In this document: positions 1 through 9,181 of the stretch, piece after piece
Layout of the letters: every line of letters starts with the position of its first letter
How positions within the stretch are numbered: position 1 is the stretch's first letter
From: a virus
Lineage: Duplodnaviria; Caudoviricetes
Direction: 5' to 3' (one strand)
IMG/VR virus record: IMGVR_UViG_3300010401_000010
Coordinates: 1 to 54,697 of that record
DNA: 54,697 nt
Notes under the pieces: model-generated
Seen by the model: only the letters and a program-made list of their open reading frames with translations
The model's database searches: none
What the model was told of the DNA's origin: nothing
Translations under genes and position numbers: made by a program

Positions 1-123
1 ACGAGGAACTCGACGTGGCCGAGTGCCTGGACATCCGCCAGCTGCTCGCCGCCACTCCGAACCAGCGTTGTGCCCGGATGGAGGAGCTCCTCAACGCGGC
101 CGCCCGGAGTGGCGACGACATCG
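1..123. repeat. Terminal direct repeat, left copy (circular contig overlap)
   Basis: Bases 1-123 are identical to 54575-54697. Confidence 0.97.
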
Positions 124-1940
124 TCAAGGACGTCGCGCGCCTGATCGTGATGAGGCTCGCGGAGACGACCGAGGACCGCATGCCGCCCGACTACGTCGAG
201 GCACTCCCCATGGTGCCCGACAAGCAGCGGGAGATCCTCTTCGAAGAGGCGAAGATGATCAAGACGAAGATCCTCGAGGCCGGGATCGGCGGCGCCCTCA
301 CCTGGGCCAACGCCGAGAAGCGCGACAAGTCCGACGGCCTCAAGAAGAAGAACGCGGCCGCGGAGGAGCTGCGGAAGCGCGCGGCTCAGGTCCCCGAGCC
401 CGACGAGCGCGACATCATCCGCCTGGAGGCCGAGAAGAAGAAGCTCCTGGTGGAGTCGGGCGCCGTCAAGCAGCGCTGGGCCGACTACAACCTCCTGGCC
501 GGGACCGCCACGCGGCTCCAGGAGCAGCTGAAGGTCACCGAGGAGATCGCCGAGCGCGTTCAGAAGTCCGCGATGGACGCCGAAGCGGTTCACGGCAAGG
601 CGGCGAAGGAGCTGCGGGAGCAGAGCGACCAGGTCCTCGAAAAGATGAGCGCGCTCAAGACGCCTCCCGAGGAGGACGACAGCCAGGTCACGAAGCTCCA
701 GGACGAAGCCAGAACACTCGCGCTGAAGGCCGAAGCCATCGATCTGCCGAACATCCCGGACACCATCAAGCACGAGCGCGCCGTCGCGGATCTGAAGGCT
801 CGGATCCAGATGGCGGAGATGTCCGAGTGGGCGGAGGTCCTGAAGATCGCGGAGGACATCGAGGGAATCGGGACTTCGAAGGGCTTCAAGACCGCACTGG
901 GCAAGCCTCTCAAGAAGCTGCGCGAGATTGCCGAGAAGGGGCTGGGCGCGAACCCCGCCGAGCTGAAGCAGGACCTGACCGCGGCGAGTGCCCGGCTGCA
1001 GGAAGCGACCGAGGCGAAGAAGAAGGCGGAGGCACTGCGTGAGAAGGCCGGGGCCGAACGCATCGCCCTGTGCCAGCAGGCGGACCAGAAGACCGCCGAG
1101 GCCATCAAGATCAGGGCCGAGATCAACCAGCGCCGACGGAAGGCCCTCCAGGACTTCGACGCCCAGCGCGCCGCCCTGGCCGCCGAGCGGACGAAGCTGG
1201 AGCGCGCGCTCGAGACTCACAAGGAAGCCCTGGAGATCGCCCGCCAGGAGCACGAACGCACCCAGCGCCGGGTGACCTCCCTGCGGGACCAGGCCAAGGG
1301 CGCCGGCGAGCTGCCCGCCGCCCCGCCGGATCCCATGGTGATCGAGGGCAAGCTGAGCGCGGTCGACGGCGAGCTTCAGAAGCTGATCGCCGCGAGGGCC
1401 ACCCACACCGAGATCCACAACGTCCTGAACGAGATCGAAGCGGCCAAGGCGGGCGCCGTGGTGTTCACCGCGATCGAGTGGGCCCTGCAGCGCCAGCGCG
1501 AGGTGGAGATCTCCAGCGCGGGCGGACCGCTGATCAGGACGATGAACGAGTTCCTGAAGGCCGCGGGCCGGAAGGAAACACCTTTCATCCGCGCGAGCCA
1601 GGGCCTCTGCACCATCGGGTGGAAGACCGCCGACGGCCGCGAGATCCAGATCCAGGCGCTCTCGGGGGGCGAATGGTGCCTCTTCGCCGCCGCGCTCACC
1701 ACCGCCGTGATCCTCTGCCGGAAGAGCGTGCTCAAGATCCTGCTGGTGGAAGCAGGCGAGGCGGACGGACGCGTTCTGAGCCAGCTCCTCGAAGGCATCC
1801 AGGGCGTGAACAAGGAGGAGCTGCTGACCGCGATCGTGATGTCGCCGAGGGCTCCCGACCAGAGGGTCGACTACCTCGAGGGCTGGGACGTCATCCGGGT
1901 CACCGAGGACAAGAAGGCGGCCGCCGGCGCGGCTGCGTAA
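15..1940 (+). CDS. SMC/SbcC-like ABC ATPase, coiled coil and C-terminal head
   Basis: Long coiled coil; ABC signature LSGGE; Walker-B-like ILLVEAGEAD. Confidence 0.85.
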   Translation: MAECLDIRQLLAATPNQRCARMEELLNAAARSGDDIVKDVARLIVMRLAETTEDRMPPDYVEALPMVPDKQREILFEEAKMIKTKILEAGIGGALTWANAEKRDKSDGLKKKNAAAEELRKRAAQVPEPDERDIIRLEAEKKKLLVESGAVKQRWADYNLLAGTATRLQEQLKVTEEIAERVQKSAMDAEAVHGKAAKELREQSDQVLEKMSALKTPPEEDDSQVTKLQDEARTLALKAEAIDLPNIPDTIKHERAVADLKARIQMAEMSEWAEVLKIAEDIEGIGTSKGFKTALGKPLKKLREIAEKGLGANPAELKQDLTAASARLQEATEAKKKAEALREKAGAERIALCQQADQKTAEAIKIRAEINQRRRKALQDFDAQRAALAAERTKLERALETHKEALEIARQEHERTQRRVTSLRDQAKGAGELPAAPPDPMVIEGKLSAVDGELQKLIAARATHTEIHNVLNEIEAAKAGAVVFTAIEWALQRQREVEISSAGGPLIRTMNEFLKAAGRKETPFIRASQGLCTIGWKTADGREIQIQALSGGEWCLFAAALTTAVILCRKSVLKILLVEAGEADGRVLSQLLEGIQGVNKEELLTAIVMSPRAPDQRVDYLEGWDVIRVTEDKKAAAGAAA

Positions 1941-2060
1941 ACGCGAGAACCACATGAGACGGGCGGGCCCCAGCAAGGCAGTACCCGCCGGAGACAAGCC
2001 GCTCCCGAGGGAATCGCAGGGATAGGACCGGGGGCGCAAATCGAGAGAGGGAGGTCGGAC

Positions 2061-2159
2061 GTGGACAAGGTCGACGAGAAGTTCCCCCAGGCGGTGGCCT
2101 GGGGCCTGGCCGTGGCGGTGATGGTCCTGATCATCCTGCGCGCGGTCATCTGGCAGTAA
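2061..2159 (+). CDS. Small membrane protein (32 aa, not in ORF track)
   Basis: GGGAGG RBS, GTG start; MDKVDEKFPQAVAWGLAVAVMVLIILRAVIWQ with one hydrophobic helix. Confidence 0.6.
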   Translation: MDKVDEKFPQAVAWGLAVAVMVLIILRAVIWQ

Positions 2160-2231
2160 GGGGCAGTTCCCGGGGCTTCGATCGAGGGTGGGCGCGCGGG
2201 GCGCGCCGAGAGAGACGGAACGGTAGAGAGA

Positions 2232-3545
2232 GTGGGCTTTCCTTACAACGAGATTCTGGTCGGAGATGCCCTAGAACAACTCAGGGCACTTCCGGCGCAG
2301 TCCGTCCACTGCGTAGTCACCTCGCCTCCCTACTGGGGGCTGCGGGACTACGGAGTCCCCCATCAACTCGGCCTCGAGCCCACGCCCGACGAGTACGTCG
2401 AGAAGATGGTCGTCATCTTCCGCGAGGTCCGCCGCATCCTGCGCCTCGACGGCACGCTCTGGCTGAACCTGGGCGACTGCTACGCCACTGGTGCCGGCAT
2501 GGTTGGGGATTCACCCGGAGGTGGAGAACAGGGCGCCCGGTGGCTTGGCGACGTGCAGCGGCATCGAGACGAGCGACGCAGGACGACCCGCGACGGAACC
2601 CACTGCGGGAAACACACCGCGATCGCCGCCCGGGGTCCGATGAACCAGCCCAACCGTATGCCCATCCCCGGCCTGAAGCCCAAGGACCTGGTCGGAATCC
2701 CCTGGCGCGTCGCCTTTGCCCTCCAGCGCGATGGGTGGTGGATCCGCCAGGACAACATCTGGGCGAAGCGCAACCCGATGCCAGAGAGCGTCCGGGACCG
2801 CACCACGCGCGCGCACGAGTACGTCTTCCATCTCTCGCGCTCGGAGAACTACTTCTACGACGCCGTCGCCATCGAAGAGCCCCAGAGCGAGGCCGAGCGC
2901 ACCTATAGGCTCCGGCAGCAAGCTCGCGGCGTCGAGACGGTCTACAAGCTACGCAAGGACGCGGAGGGCGCCAGGGCACCGGGGAACGCCTCGCAGGGTG
3001 CGAAAGGCTGCGCCCGCAGCGCGGAAGCCCGACAGCTCCTCGCCCTCAAGGGCACGCGGAATAGGCGCAGCGTCTGGTCGATCGCGACGCAGGCCTGTAA
3101 GGAGGCGCACTTCGCAACCTTCCCGGAGGACCTGGTCGAGCCCTGCATCCTGGCCGGGACCTCCGACAAGGGCTGCTGCGCGACGTGCGGCACTCCGTTA
3201 GTCCGCCGGCTGAAGGTCACCTACGAGAAGACCCGGCCGGGTGGCTGCCATGGCCCGAAGACGAAGGGCCGCCAACACGTCCCCTGCGGATCGGCTCGCT
3301 ACAACGAGCGGCTGGTGGCCAGGCGTGAGACGGTCTCCTGGCAGAAGTCCTGCGACTGCGAGCTCTGGAGCGGCACCGTGCCGGCCATCGTCTTGGACCC
3401 GTTCATGGGCGCGGGGACGACTGCCCTCGTCGCGCTGAAGCGCGGCCGCCGCTTCATCGGCATCGACATCAACGCCGAGTACGCAGAGATCGCTCGGCGG
3501 CGCATCGCGCCGTTCATGCCGGCGCCGGCGGGGGTGGCCCAGTGA
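2232..3545 (+). CDS. DNA methyltransferase, N4/N6 family (SPPY type, beta motif order)
   Basis: VTSPPYWGLRDY catalytic motif; HFATFPEDL; VLDPFMGAGTT SAM-binding motif. Confidence 0.92.
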   Translation: MGFPYNEILVGDALEQLRALPAQSVHCVVTSPPYWGLRDYGVPHQLGLEPTPDEYVEKMVVIFREVRRILRLDGTLWLNLGDCYATGAGMVGDSPGGGEQGARWLGDVQRHRDERRRTTRDGTHCGKHTAIAARGPMNQPNRMPIPGLKPKDLVGIPWRVAFALQRDGWWIRQDNIWAKRNPMPESVRDRTTRAHEYVFHLSRSENYFYDAVAIEEPQSEAERTYRLRQQARGVETVYKLRKDAEGARAPGNASQGAKGCARSAEARQLLALKGTRNRRSVWSIATQACKEAHFATFPEDLVEPCILAGTSDKGCCATCGTPLVRRLKVTYEKTRPGGCHGPKTKGRQHVPCGSARYNERLVARRETVSWQKSCDCELWSGTVPAIVLDPFMGAGTTALVALKRGRRFIGIDINAEYAEIARRRIAPFMPAPAGVAQ

Positions 3546-4036
3546 TCTTCCCACTCATCACGTTCGACCTGATCCCCAACGAGGTTGCCGACGAGCGGCT
3601 TAAAGAATGGGGCCATTGGCTCGGGGGCTGCAACCGGCCGTTCGGGCGCCAATCCTTCGGACTGTCGATCGAGGGCGACGTCCTCTCAGTGGCGGTCAGC
3701 GCGTCCACGGTCAACGCAACCTGCGGCGGGGTCCCCCGGCAGGAATGCGTCGAGTTGGCCAGGCTCTGCTCTGCGCCGGCGCACCGAGATCTAACGCGCC
3801 CTGCCCTTCGCCTTTGGCGCAAGATCGCGCCCGTCGCGTGGACCCGCAAGTACTGGCCGGTCCGCGCCCTGGTCTCCTACTCCAACGCGATCCGCCACAA
3901 GGGCGACATCTACCGGTTCGACGGCTGGAAGAAGGTGGCCGACGTACGCGGCTCGACGGGCGGGGGCAACTGGACTCAAAAGAAAACCATGGAGCCAAAG
4001 GCGGTCTGGGTCTTCGACCTCCGGGGCGCTGCATGA
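3542..4036 (+). CDS. Mom/XF1762-like GNAT-fold DNA modification protein
   Basis: ELARLC and LVSYSN...HKGDIYRFDGW resemble Mom-family motifs; coupled to the MTase. Confidence 0.65.
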   Translation: MIFPLITFDLIPNEVADERLKEWGHWLGGCNRPFGRQSFGLSIEGDVLSVAVSASTVNATCGGVPRQECVELARLCSAPAHRDLTRPALRLWRKIAPVAWTRKYWPVRALVSYSNAIRHKGDIYRFDGWKKVADVRGSTGGGNWTQKKTMEPKAVWVFDLRGAA

Positions 4037-4170
4037 ACAAGAGTTTTTTGGGCAGTAACAGGAGCCGGGGGACCTGGCTGGGTGAGGGTGGAACGAGCGT
4101 GTGACCGGGAGGGGAGGCCCCAACGAGGGGCTTCCCCGAAAATTTGGGAGAGAGGAGAGGGGGCAGGTTC

Positions 4171-4743
4171 GTGGGTGAGATGCCGGAGGCGGTTCGGAAG
4201 ATGATGCCGACGATCAAGTACCTGGCCAAGAAGGTGAGCGCGCGCGGCGCCGCGAGCATCGAGGATCTGATCCAGGTGGGGGCCATGGCCGCGATCGACG
4301 CCCTCAATCGATTCGATCCGAAGAAGGGCCGCGTCTGGAACTTCCTTCGTCAGCGCGCCCACGGCGCCATGATCGACGAGCTGAGGAACCTGGACCACAT
4401 CTCCAGGATCTACCGGATCCGGGGACACATCAACGGCCGGCCGCTCCCCGAGACGCTGTCGCTCCAGACCTCGCCGATGGAGCTTGTTCCTCGGGTGTTG
4501 CCCGACAAGCGGGGCGAGTCCCCGACGCAGCGGTCCACGGTCCACGACTTCTGGACTGACGTCCGGGGCCACCTGAACGCCCGCGAGGCCCGAGCGCTGG
4601 TCCTCTACTACGCCGGCGACATGACGCTGAAGGCCGTGGCAGCCGCCATGGGCATCAGCGAATCGCGCGCCTGCCAAATCGTCGGCGGCGCAGTCCGCCG
4701 TCTACGGAAAACCTTCGCCAACCGCATCAGGAGGAACGCGTGA
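4171..4743 (+). CDS. FliA/WhiG (sigma-28)-like RNA polymerase sigma factor
   Basis: Region 2 EDLIQVG...RFDPKKG...RAHGAMIDELRNLD; region 4 LYYAGDMTLKAVAAAMGISESRACQI; GTG 4171 chosen from the purine-rich RBS. Confidence 0.88.
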   Translation: MGEMPEAVRKMMPTIKYLAKKVSARGAASIEDLIQVGAMAAIDALNRFDPKKGRVWNFLRQRAHGAMIDELRNLDHISRIYRIRGHINGRPLPETLSLQTSPMELVPRVLPDKRGESPTQRSTVHDFWTDVRGHLNAREARALVLYYAGDMTLKAVAAAMGISESRACQIVGGAVRRLRKTFANRIRRNA

Positions 4744-5216
4744 ACACCCTCGAGGCCGACGAGGTCGCGCTGCTCGGCAAGGAGCGCCGCTGGGGCTTCT
4801 GGAACCGTCGCGACATCACCGACGGGAAGACCGTCTACATGCGGCGGATCTCCCTGGTGACCACGCCGTGGTTCAGCATCAAGCTCCACCGGATCTATCG
4901 CCCCGACGGCCAGCGGGAGCTGCACGACCATCCCTGGAGCTTCTTCTCCATCGTGCTCCGCGGCTGGTACGAGGAGGACGTCCCGCACCGGTGCAACTAC
5001 GGGGATTGTTTCTTCGAGCTGTGCCCGACCAGGCGGAAGGTCCGCTGGTGGAACTGGAAGCGCGCCGAGGACCGCCACAGCATCCGCTTCGTCAGCCGCA
5101 CGCCGGTGTGGACGCTGGTGTTCTGCGCCCCCGCGCGCCGCGTGTGGGGGTTCTGGACCGACAGCGGCACGAAGTTCATCCCATGGAACCAGTACGAGAA
5201 GCTGAACGATGCCTAA
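4740..5216 (+). CDS. Hypothetical protein with cupin-like HDHPW motif
   Basis: LHRIYRPD...LHDHPWSFFSIVLRGWYEE...HSI; His-rich cupin-type pattern. Confidence 0.6.
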   Translation: MNTLEADEVALLGKERRWGFWNRRDITDGKTVYMRRISLVTTPWFSIKLHRIYRPDGQRELHDHPWSFFSIVLRGWYEEDVPHRCNYGDCFFELCPTRRKVRWWNWKRAEDRHSIRFVSRTPVWTLVFCAPARRVWGFWTDSGTKFIPWNQYEKLNDA

Positions 5217-5628
5217 CATGAAAGCGCTCACGCTCTACCAGCCGCAAGCCGCGCTGGTCGTCTTCGGCGACAAGGACCTGGAGAACCGGAAGTGGTTCCC
5301 GCCTAAGGCCCTGGTCGGCGAGCGGATCGCCATCCATGCGGCCAACCACTGGGACAAGGAATTCGCCGCCAAGTATCCCGTCGAGGTAGCCGCGCTCAAG
5401 GAGAGCGCCGAGGTCCGCGGCGCCATCATCGGGACGGTGATCATCGACTTCGCCGTGGACACCGCGGCGGGCCTCTCGGGCGCGCTCCGGAAATACTGGG
5501 CCGGCCCGGTGGGCTGGATCCTCCGGAGCAAGATCGGCGTCGTCCCCATTTACTGCCGGGGCTACCAGAAGCTCTGGAACGTCCCGCACGAGATTCGCCG
5601 GCAGATTTACACGGGGGACGAGGAATGA
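5209..5628 (+). CDS. ASCH domain protein
   Basis: KALTLYQP.A.LV..G.KDLENRKW, IAIHAA, GAIIG, RGYQKLW. Confidence 0.85.
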   Translation: MPNMKALTLYQPQAALVVFGDKDLENRKWFPPKALVGERIAIHAANHWDKEFAAKYPVEVAALKESAEVRGAIIGTVIIDFAVDTAAGLSGALRKYWAGPVGWILRSKIGVVPIYCRGYQKLWNVPHEIRRQIYTGDEE

Positions 5629-6155
5629 GCATCCTCACCATTTCCCAGAAGAGCTTCATCGTCGTCTCGGGCGAGCTCGGCACCGCATGGTTCTCTCCCG
5701 ATAAGGCCTTCCGGTACCGCCTGGTGCGGCCGCTGTCGGACCTCCCGCGCACGATGGTGTCGATCGGACAGAACCCCTCGAAGGCGGACCATGAGACGAA
5801 CGACATGACCATCACGAAGGACATGGAGTTCGCCCGGCGGGCCGGCTGCGGCAAGCTGGTGAAGATCAACCTCGGCGCCTTCATCACAACGGACCCCCAC
5901 ATTTTGCGGACGGTCCCTGATCCGATCGGCCAACTCAACCGGCAGTTTATCGCCGAGGCGGCCATGGAGGCGGACGTCCTGGTCGCGGCCTGGGGCGCCA
6001 TGCCCAACGAGCTATGGGCCCGCTTCCGGCCGAGCGTGGAGCTGATCAAGACCTTCAACGGCGTGCAGTGCTTCGGCAAGACGAAGAACGGCGCGCCGCG
6101 GCACACCTCGCGCATCGGGTACCGGACCCAGCTCGAAGACTGGAGGCGCTCATGA
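5625..6155 (+). CDS. DUF1643 family protein
   Basis: FSPD..FRYRL, IGQNPSKAD..TNDMTI, VAAWG, TKNGAPRH. Confidence 0.8.
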   Translation: MSILTISQKSFIVVSGELGTAWFSPDKAFRYRLVRPLSDLPRTMVSIGQNPSKADHETNDMTITKDMEFARRAGCGKLVKINLGAFITTDPHILRTVPDPIGQLNRQFIAEAAMEADVLVAAWGAMPNELWARFRPSVELIKTFNGVQCFGKTKNGAPRHTSRIGYRTQLEDWRRS

Positions 6156-6433
6156 TGACGATCAACCCCGGGGTCTGCAGAGGCTGCGGGGCCGCCATCC
6201 TCTGGATCAAGAACGAGAAGGGCAAGGCCGAGCCGTTCGACGCCGCGGTCCGCCGCGTCCTCCATGTCGAGAGCGACCCGCAGCCGGGCGGCGCGAAGTT
6301 CGGCGTCGGTCACGCCGGAGAACCCTGGGCCAGCCCCGCCGGCGAATGGGAGCTCGACACCGCCCACCTTCCCCATTTCATCACCTGCCCCAAACGCGAC
6401 CAGTTCAAGAAAACCAAGGAGACCACCACATGA
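6152..6433 (+). CDS. Hypothetical Zn-binding protein
   Basis: CRGCGAAILW...HFITCP; ATGA overlap with upstream gene. Confidence 0.7.
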   Translation: MMTINPGVCRGCGAAILWIKNEKGKAEPFDAAVRRVLHVESDPQPGGAKFGVGHAGEPWASPAGEWELDTAHLPHFITCPKRDQFKKTKETTT

Positions 6434-6774
6434 ACAAATTCGGAGAAGTGATCCGCGCGCTGCGCCTGGCCGACAAACTCGACGGCCAGGACCTCGCCAA
6501 GAAGGTCCGGATCCCGCGCGGTTACCTTTCATCGATCGAGCTGGGGAAGGCGAATCCTCCGTCCCTCAAGATCCTGAAGCGCATGCAGAGGGCGTTCGAT
6601 CACCGCGGGATCCAGCTGGCCGACCTGGTCGAGCTGGCCTGGGCGGACAAGTCGCCCGAGCTGATCCACGACCGGGTCATGCACAAGATCCGGGACAACC
6701 CCCTCTTCAAGGTGAAGCTCGTCCCCCAGGAGATCCAAGTCCCCTTCGCCGCCGGCGAGAAGGAGGCGGTGTAG
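6430..6774 (+). CDS. XRE-family HTH regulator
   Basis: FGEVIRALR...LAKKVRIPRGYLSSIELGKANPPS. Confidence 0.85.
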   Translation: MNKFGEVIRALRLADKLDGQDLAKKVRIPRGYLSSIELGKANPPSLKILKRMQRAFDHRGIQLADLVELAWADKSPELIHDRVMHKIRDNPLFKVKLVPQEIQVPFAAGEKEAV

Positions 6775-6777
6775 GCC

Positions 6778-7047
6778 ATGAGCGACTGGTACGAAGCGAA
6801 CAAGGCGGTGGCGGCCGAGCGCCGCGATCGCCTGGAAGGCCCGCGCATGAACAGCACCCGCCATCAGCTGATGCGCCTGGGGTGCCGCGTCTCGCAGGGC
6901 CCGGACCGCAAGAGCTTCACCGTGGTCTTCCCGAATGGGAAGCGCTTCAACTTCTGGCCCTACAGCGGCTGGTTCGCGGGCAAGCCGAGCGGCCGCGGGT
7001 TCAACGAACTTCTGAAAGCCGGGGGATGTTCCCCTGGCCAGCGATAG
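6778..7047 (+). CDS. Hypothetical protein
   Basis: GGAGG RBS; tight operon packing. Confidence 0.65.
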   Translation: MSDWYEANKAVAAERRDRLEGPRMNSTRHQLMRLGCRVSQGPDRKSFTVVFPNGKRFNFWPYSGWFAGKPSGRGFNELLKAGGCSPGQR

Positions 7048-7075
7048 ACGGCGGAACGAGAAAGGAGAAACAGGC

Positions 7076-7393
7076 ATGGCCAAGGACCAGGCCGAGCTCC
7101 CGGGCGTGCGCCCGGAGCACATCAAGCGCCTCGAGGAGATCGAAGCGGAGATCAAGGCGAACGAGGGGAAGGTGTCCAGACTCCGGTCGAAGAACCGCGA
7201 GCTGTCGGACGAGGCCGTCGGCCTCTGGAAGAGCCACAAGCTGAAGTCGACCCGCATCGTGGACGACCAGGAGTGGTACGTCGACGAGCCGCGCGCGAAG
7301 TACAAGCACCGCAAGTTCAAGGACTCCAAGGAGGAGGCCGGCGCGGCGCCCGCCGACAAGAGCCAGAAGGAAAAGGAAAAGGCGACGGCGTGA
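7076..7393 (+). CDS. Hypothetical coiled-coil protein
   Basis: AGGAG RBS; codon usage like neighbours. Confidence 0.7.
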   Translation: MAKDQAELPGVRPEHIKRLEEIEAEIKANEGKVSRLRSKNRELSDEAVGLWKSHKLKSTRIVDDQEWYVDEPRAKYKHRKFKDSKEEAGAAPADKSQKEKEKATA

Positions 7394-7893
7394 CGGTTCG
7401 TTACCCCCGTCACATCCTGGGGATCGACCCCGGCACCACGTCGCTGGGTTGGTTGCTGCTTGAGGTCCCGAAGTCTCAGAGCTTCAAGGCTCTGGACTTC
7501 GGGACCATCCAACCCCCACGCGGCGACTGCCTGCGCTACCGCTTCGCCTACGAGCTGGAGCAGCTCGCGCCCGTCATCGCGAGGGCCAAGGAGCTCTGGG
7601 CGGAGTGCGTCGTCGAGCGTCCCTTCGTGAACAAGAACCACATGGCGACGCTCGCCATCGCGGGGTCTCGCGCGATCGCGCTGGCCATGATCGGCCAGGT
7701 GGGGCTCCGCTTCACCGAGTACTCCCCGCAGAGCTGGAAGCAGATCACGGGCAGCGGCTCAGCCGACGCGCCCAGGTACACCTACGTCGTTCAGCAGCTG
7801 CTCAGGCTGCGCGACACCCTGCCCTATGACGTCGGCGCCGCCGGCGGGCTGGCGATCTACCACGGCAGCAAGGAAGAGAGAGAGGACGACTGA
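7390..7893 (+). CDS. ruvC: RuvC-like Holliday junction resolvase
   Basis: ILGIDPGT, VVERPFV, EYSPQSWKQITGSG; GTG start overlaps the upstream stop. Confidence 0.85.
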   Translation: MTVRYPRHILGIDPGTTSLGWLLLEVPKSQSFKALDFGTIQPPRGDCLRYRFAYELEQLAPVIARAKELWAECVVERPFVNKNHMATLAIAGSRAIALAMIGQVGLRFTEYSPQSWKQITGSGSADAPRYTYVVQQLLRLRDTLPYDVGAAGGLAIYHGSKEEREDD

Positions 7894-8984
7894 TGGCCTA
7901 CGTCGAATGGCACCAAGAGATCCGAAACCACTGGAAGACTGACGACCTCATGCGCCGACTCGGCATCCAGCGGTATGAAGCGCTGGGCATCCTCGGCGCG
8001 ATCACCTCGTGGGCCATCGGGCACAGACCCGGCGGCATCATCGAACGGAAGCTCATCCAGGTCGCGGTTGAATGGAAGAAGGAGCCCGAGCCTCTCGTTC
8101 AGGCCCTGCTCGACGCCGGATGGCTCGACGTTTTCGATGACGACCGGGTGGAGGTCCACGACTGGGAGGACATCACGCAGGGTTACCGGAAGGCCAGGAA
8201 GGACGCGACGCGAAAGAAGCGGGAGCGCGCCGAACGGGCCAGAGCGAAAGAAAAGGACTTCAAGGACAAGCCAAAAAACGGGCGCGGAACTTCCAAGGAG
8301 CGTCCGCGGACGGCTTCCAAAAAAACGCGTCCAAAGAGCGTCCATGGACGGTCCACGGAGCGGCGCTCAGAACAGAACGAACAGAACGAACAGAACGAAC
8401 GAACAAGAGCAGGTCAACCACCTCAAAAGTCTTACAACAACCACAATCACCCCCCCTCTTCAGGCTCTTCCAGGGGTACGCGGGGGGACGAACAGGGGGT
8501 TGTTGTTGCTGTTTCGGATCGGAAGGAGGGTGAACACCCCCATTCACCACCACCCGCCCACGCCGAAGCCCCCAAGGAGCGCCTGCAAAAACAGGCATCC
8601 ATCAGGCTGAGCACCCCCATCCTCGAGGCCATCGGAGTCGACGGAGGGGTCGCCGAGCAGCTCGCCAGAGCCTATCCAGCCGTGCGGATCCTACACGTCG
8701 CGGAGCACGCCAAGAAGCAGGAGAACCCTGGCGGGTTCGCGCGCAAGGCCCTCGAGCTGGGGTGGACCGTGCCCGACTCGAACGGGACTGGCCTCGCGAA
8801 TTTACTGGCGGCCCTCGAGGAGGAGGTAACGGCGAACGAGCGGGCCTGGGATCGGATGGGCCGGTCGCCGTCCGGGCGCGAAGCCCCCGACTATCCGCAG
8901 CGGCGTGAGGGCGAGGACGAGCGGGCCTACACCACGCGCGTGAACGATTGGCTGAAGTCGAAGAAGACCGGAGGACAGCAGTGA
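7893..8984 (+). CDS. Putative replication initiator
   Basis: N-terminal winged-helix-like region (HWKT..L...LG, L.DAGWL, VHDWED), low-complexity linker with iterons, C-terminal NPGGF..KAL..GW. Confidence 0.7.
   Translation: MAYVEWHQEIRNHWKTDDLMRRLGIQRYEALGILGAITSWAIGHRPGGIIERKLIQVAVEWKKEPEPLVQALLDAGWLDVFDDDRVEVHDWEDITQGYRKARKDATRKKRERAERARAKEKDFKDKPKNGRGTSKERPRTASKKTRPKSVHGRSTERRSEQNEQNEQNERTRAGQPPQKSYNNHNHPPSSGSSRGTRGDEQGVVVAVSDRKEGEHPHSPPPAHAEAPKERLQKQASIRLSTPILEAIGVDGGVAEQLARAYPAVRILHVAEHAKKQENPGGFARKALELGWTVPDSNGTGLANLLAALEEEVTANERAWDRMGRSPSGREAPDYPQRREGEDERAYTTRVNDWLKSKKTGGQQ
8291..8399. repeat. Iteron-like repeats (candidate origin) inside the initiator gene
   Basis: Five 11-mers (TTCCAAGGAGC, GTCCGCGGACG, GTCCAAAGAGC, GTCCATGGACG, GTCCACGGAGC) then CAGAACGAA x3 at 8373-8399. 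Confidence 0.7.
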
Positions 8985-9181
8985 TTTACCTGATGGCGGG
9001 CCTGGTGATCGGAGTACTCGGGTTGTTCTTCGCGCTCACGATGCTGGCGGGCGACGTGAACGAGCTGAAGACCAGGGTCGCGTCCCTGGAGCGCGTGGCG
9101 GTGCTGCAGCAGAAATACAACGACCAGATCGACAGCGACGTCACGCGCCTCGAGAACCGGACGCGGGAGATGGTGCGATGA
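8981..9181 (+). CDS. Small membrane-anchored coiled-coil protein
   Basis: N-terminal hydrophobic helix; GTGA overlap. Confidence 0.6.
   Translation: MIYLMAGLVIGVLGLFFALTMLAGDVNELKTRVASLERVAVLQQKYNDQIDSDVTRLENRTREMVR

Noticed and set aside
1-123. Terminal repeat as biological DTR or att site
   Set aside because: It falls mid-gene and looks like an assembler overlap; real termini cannot be inferred
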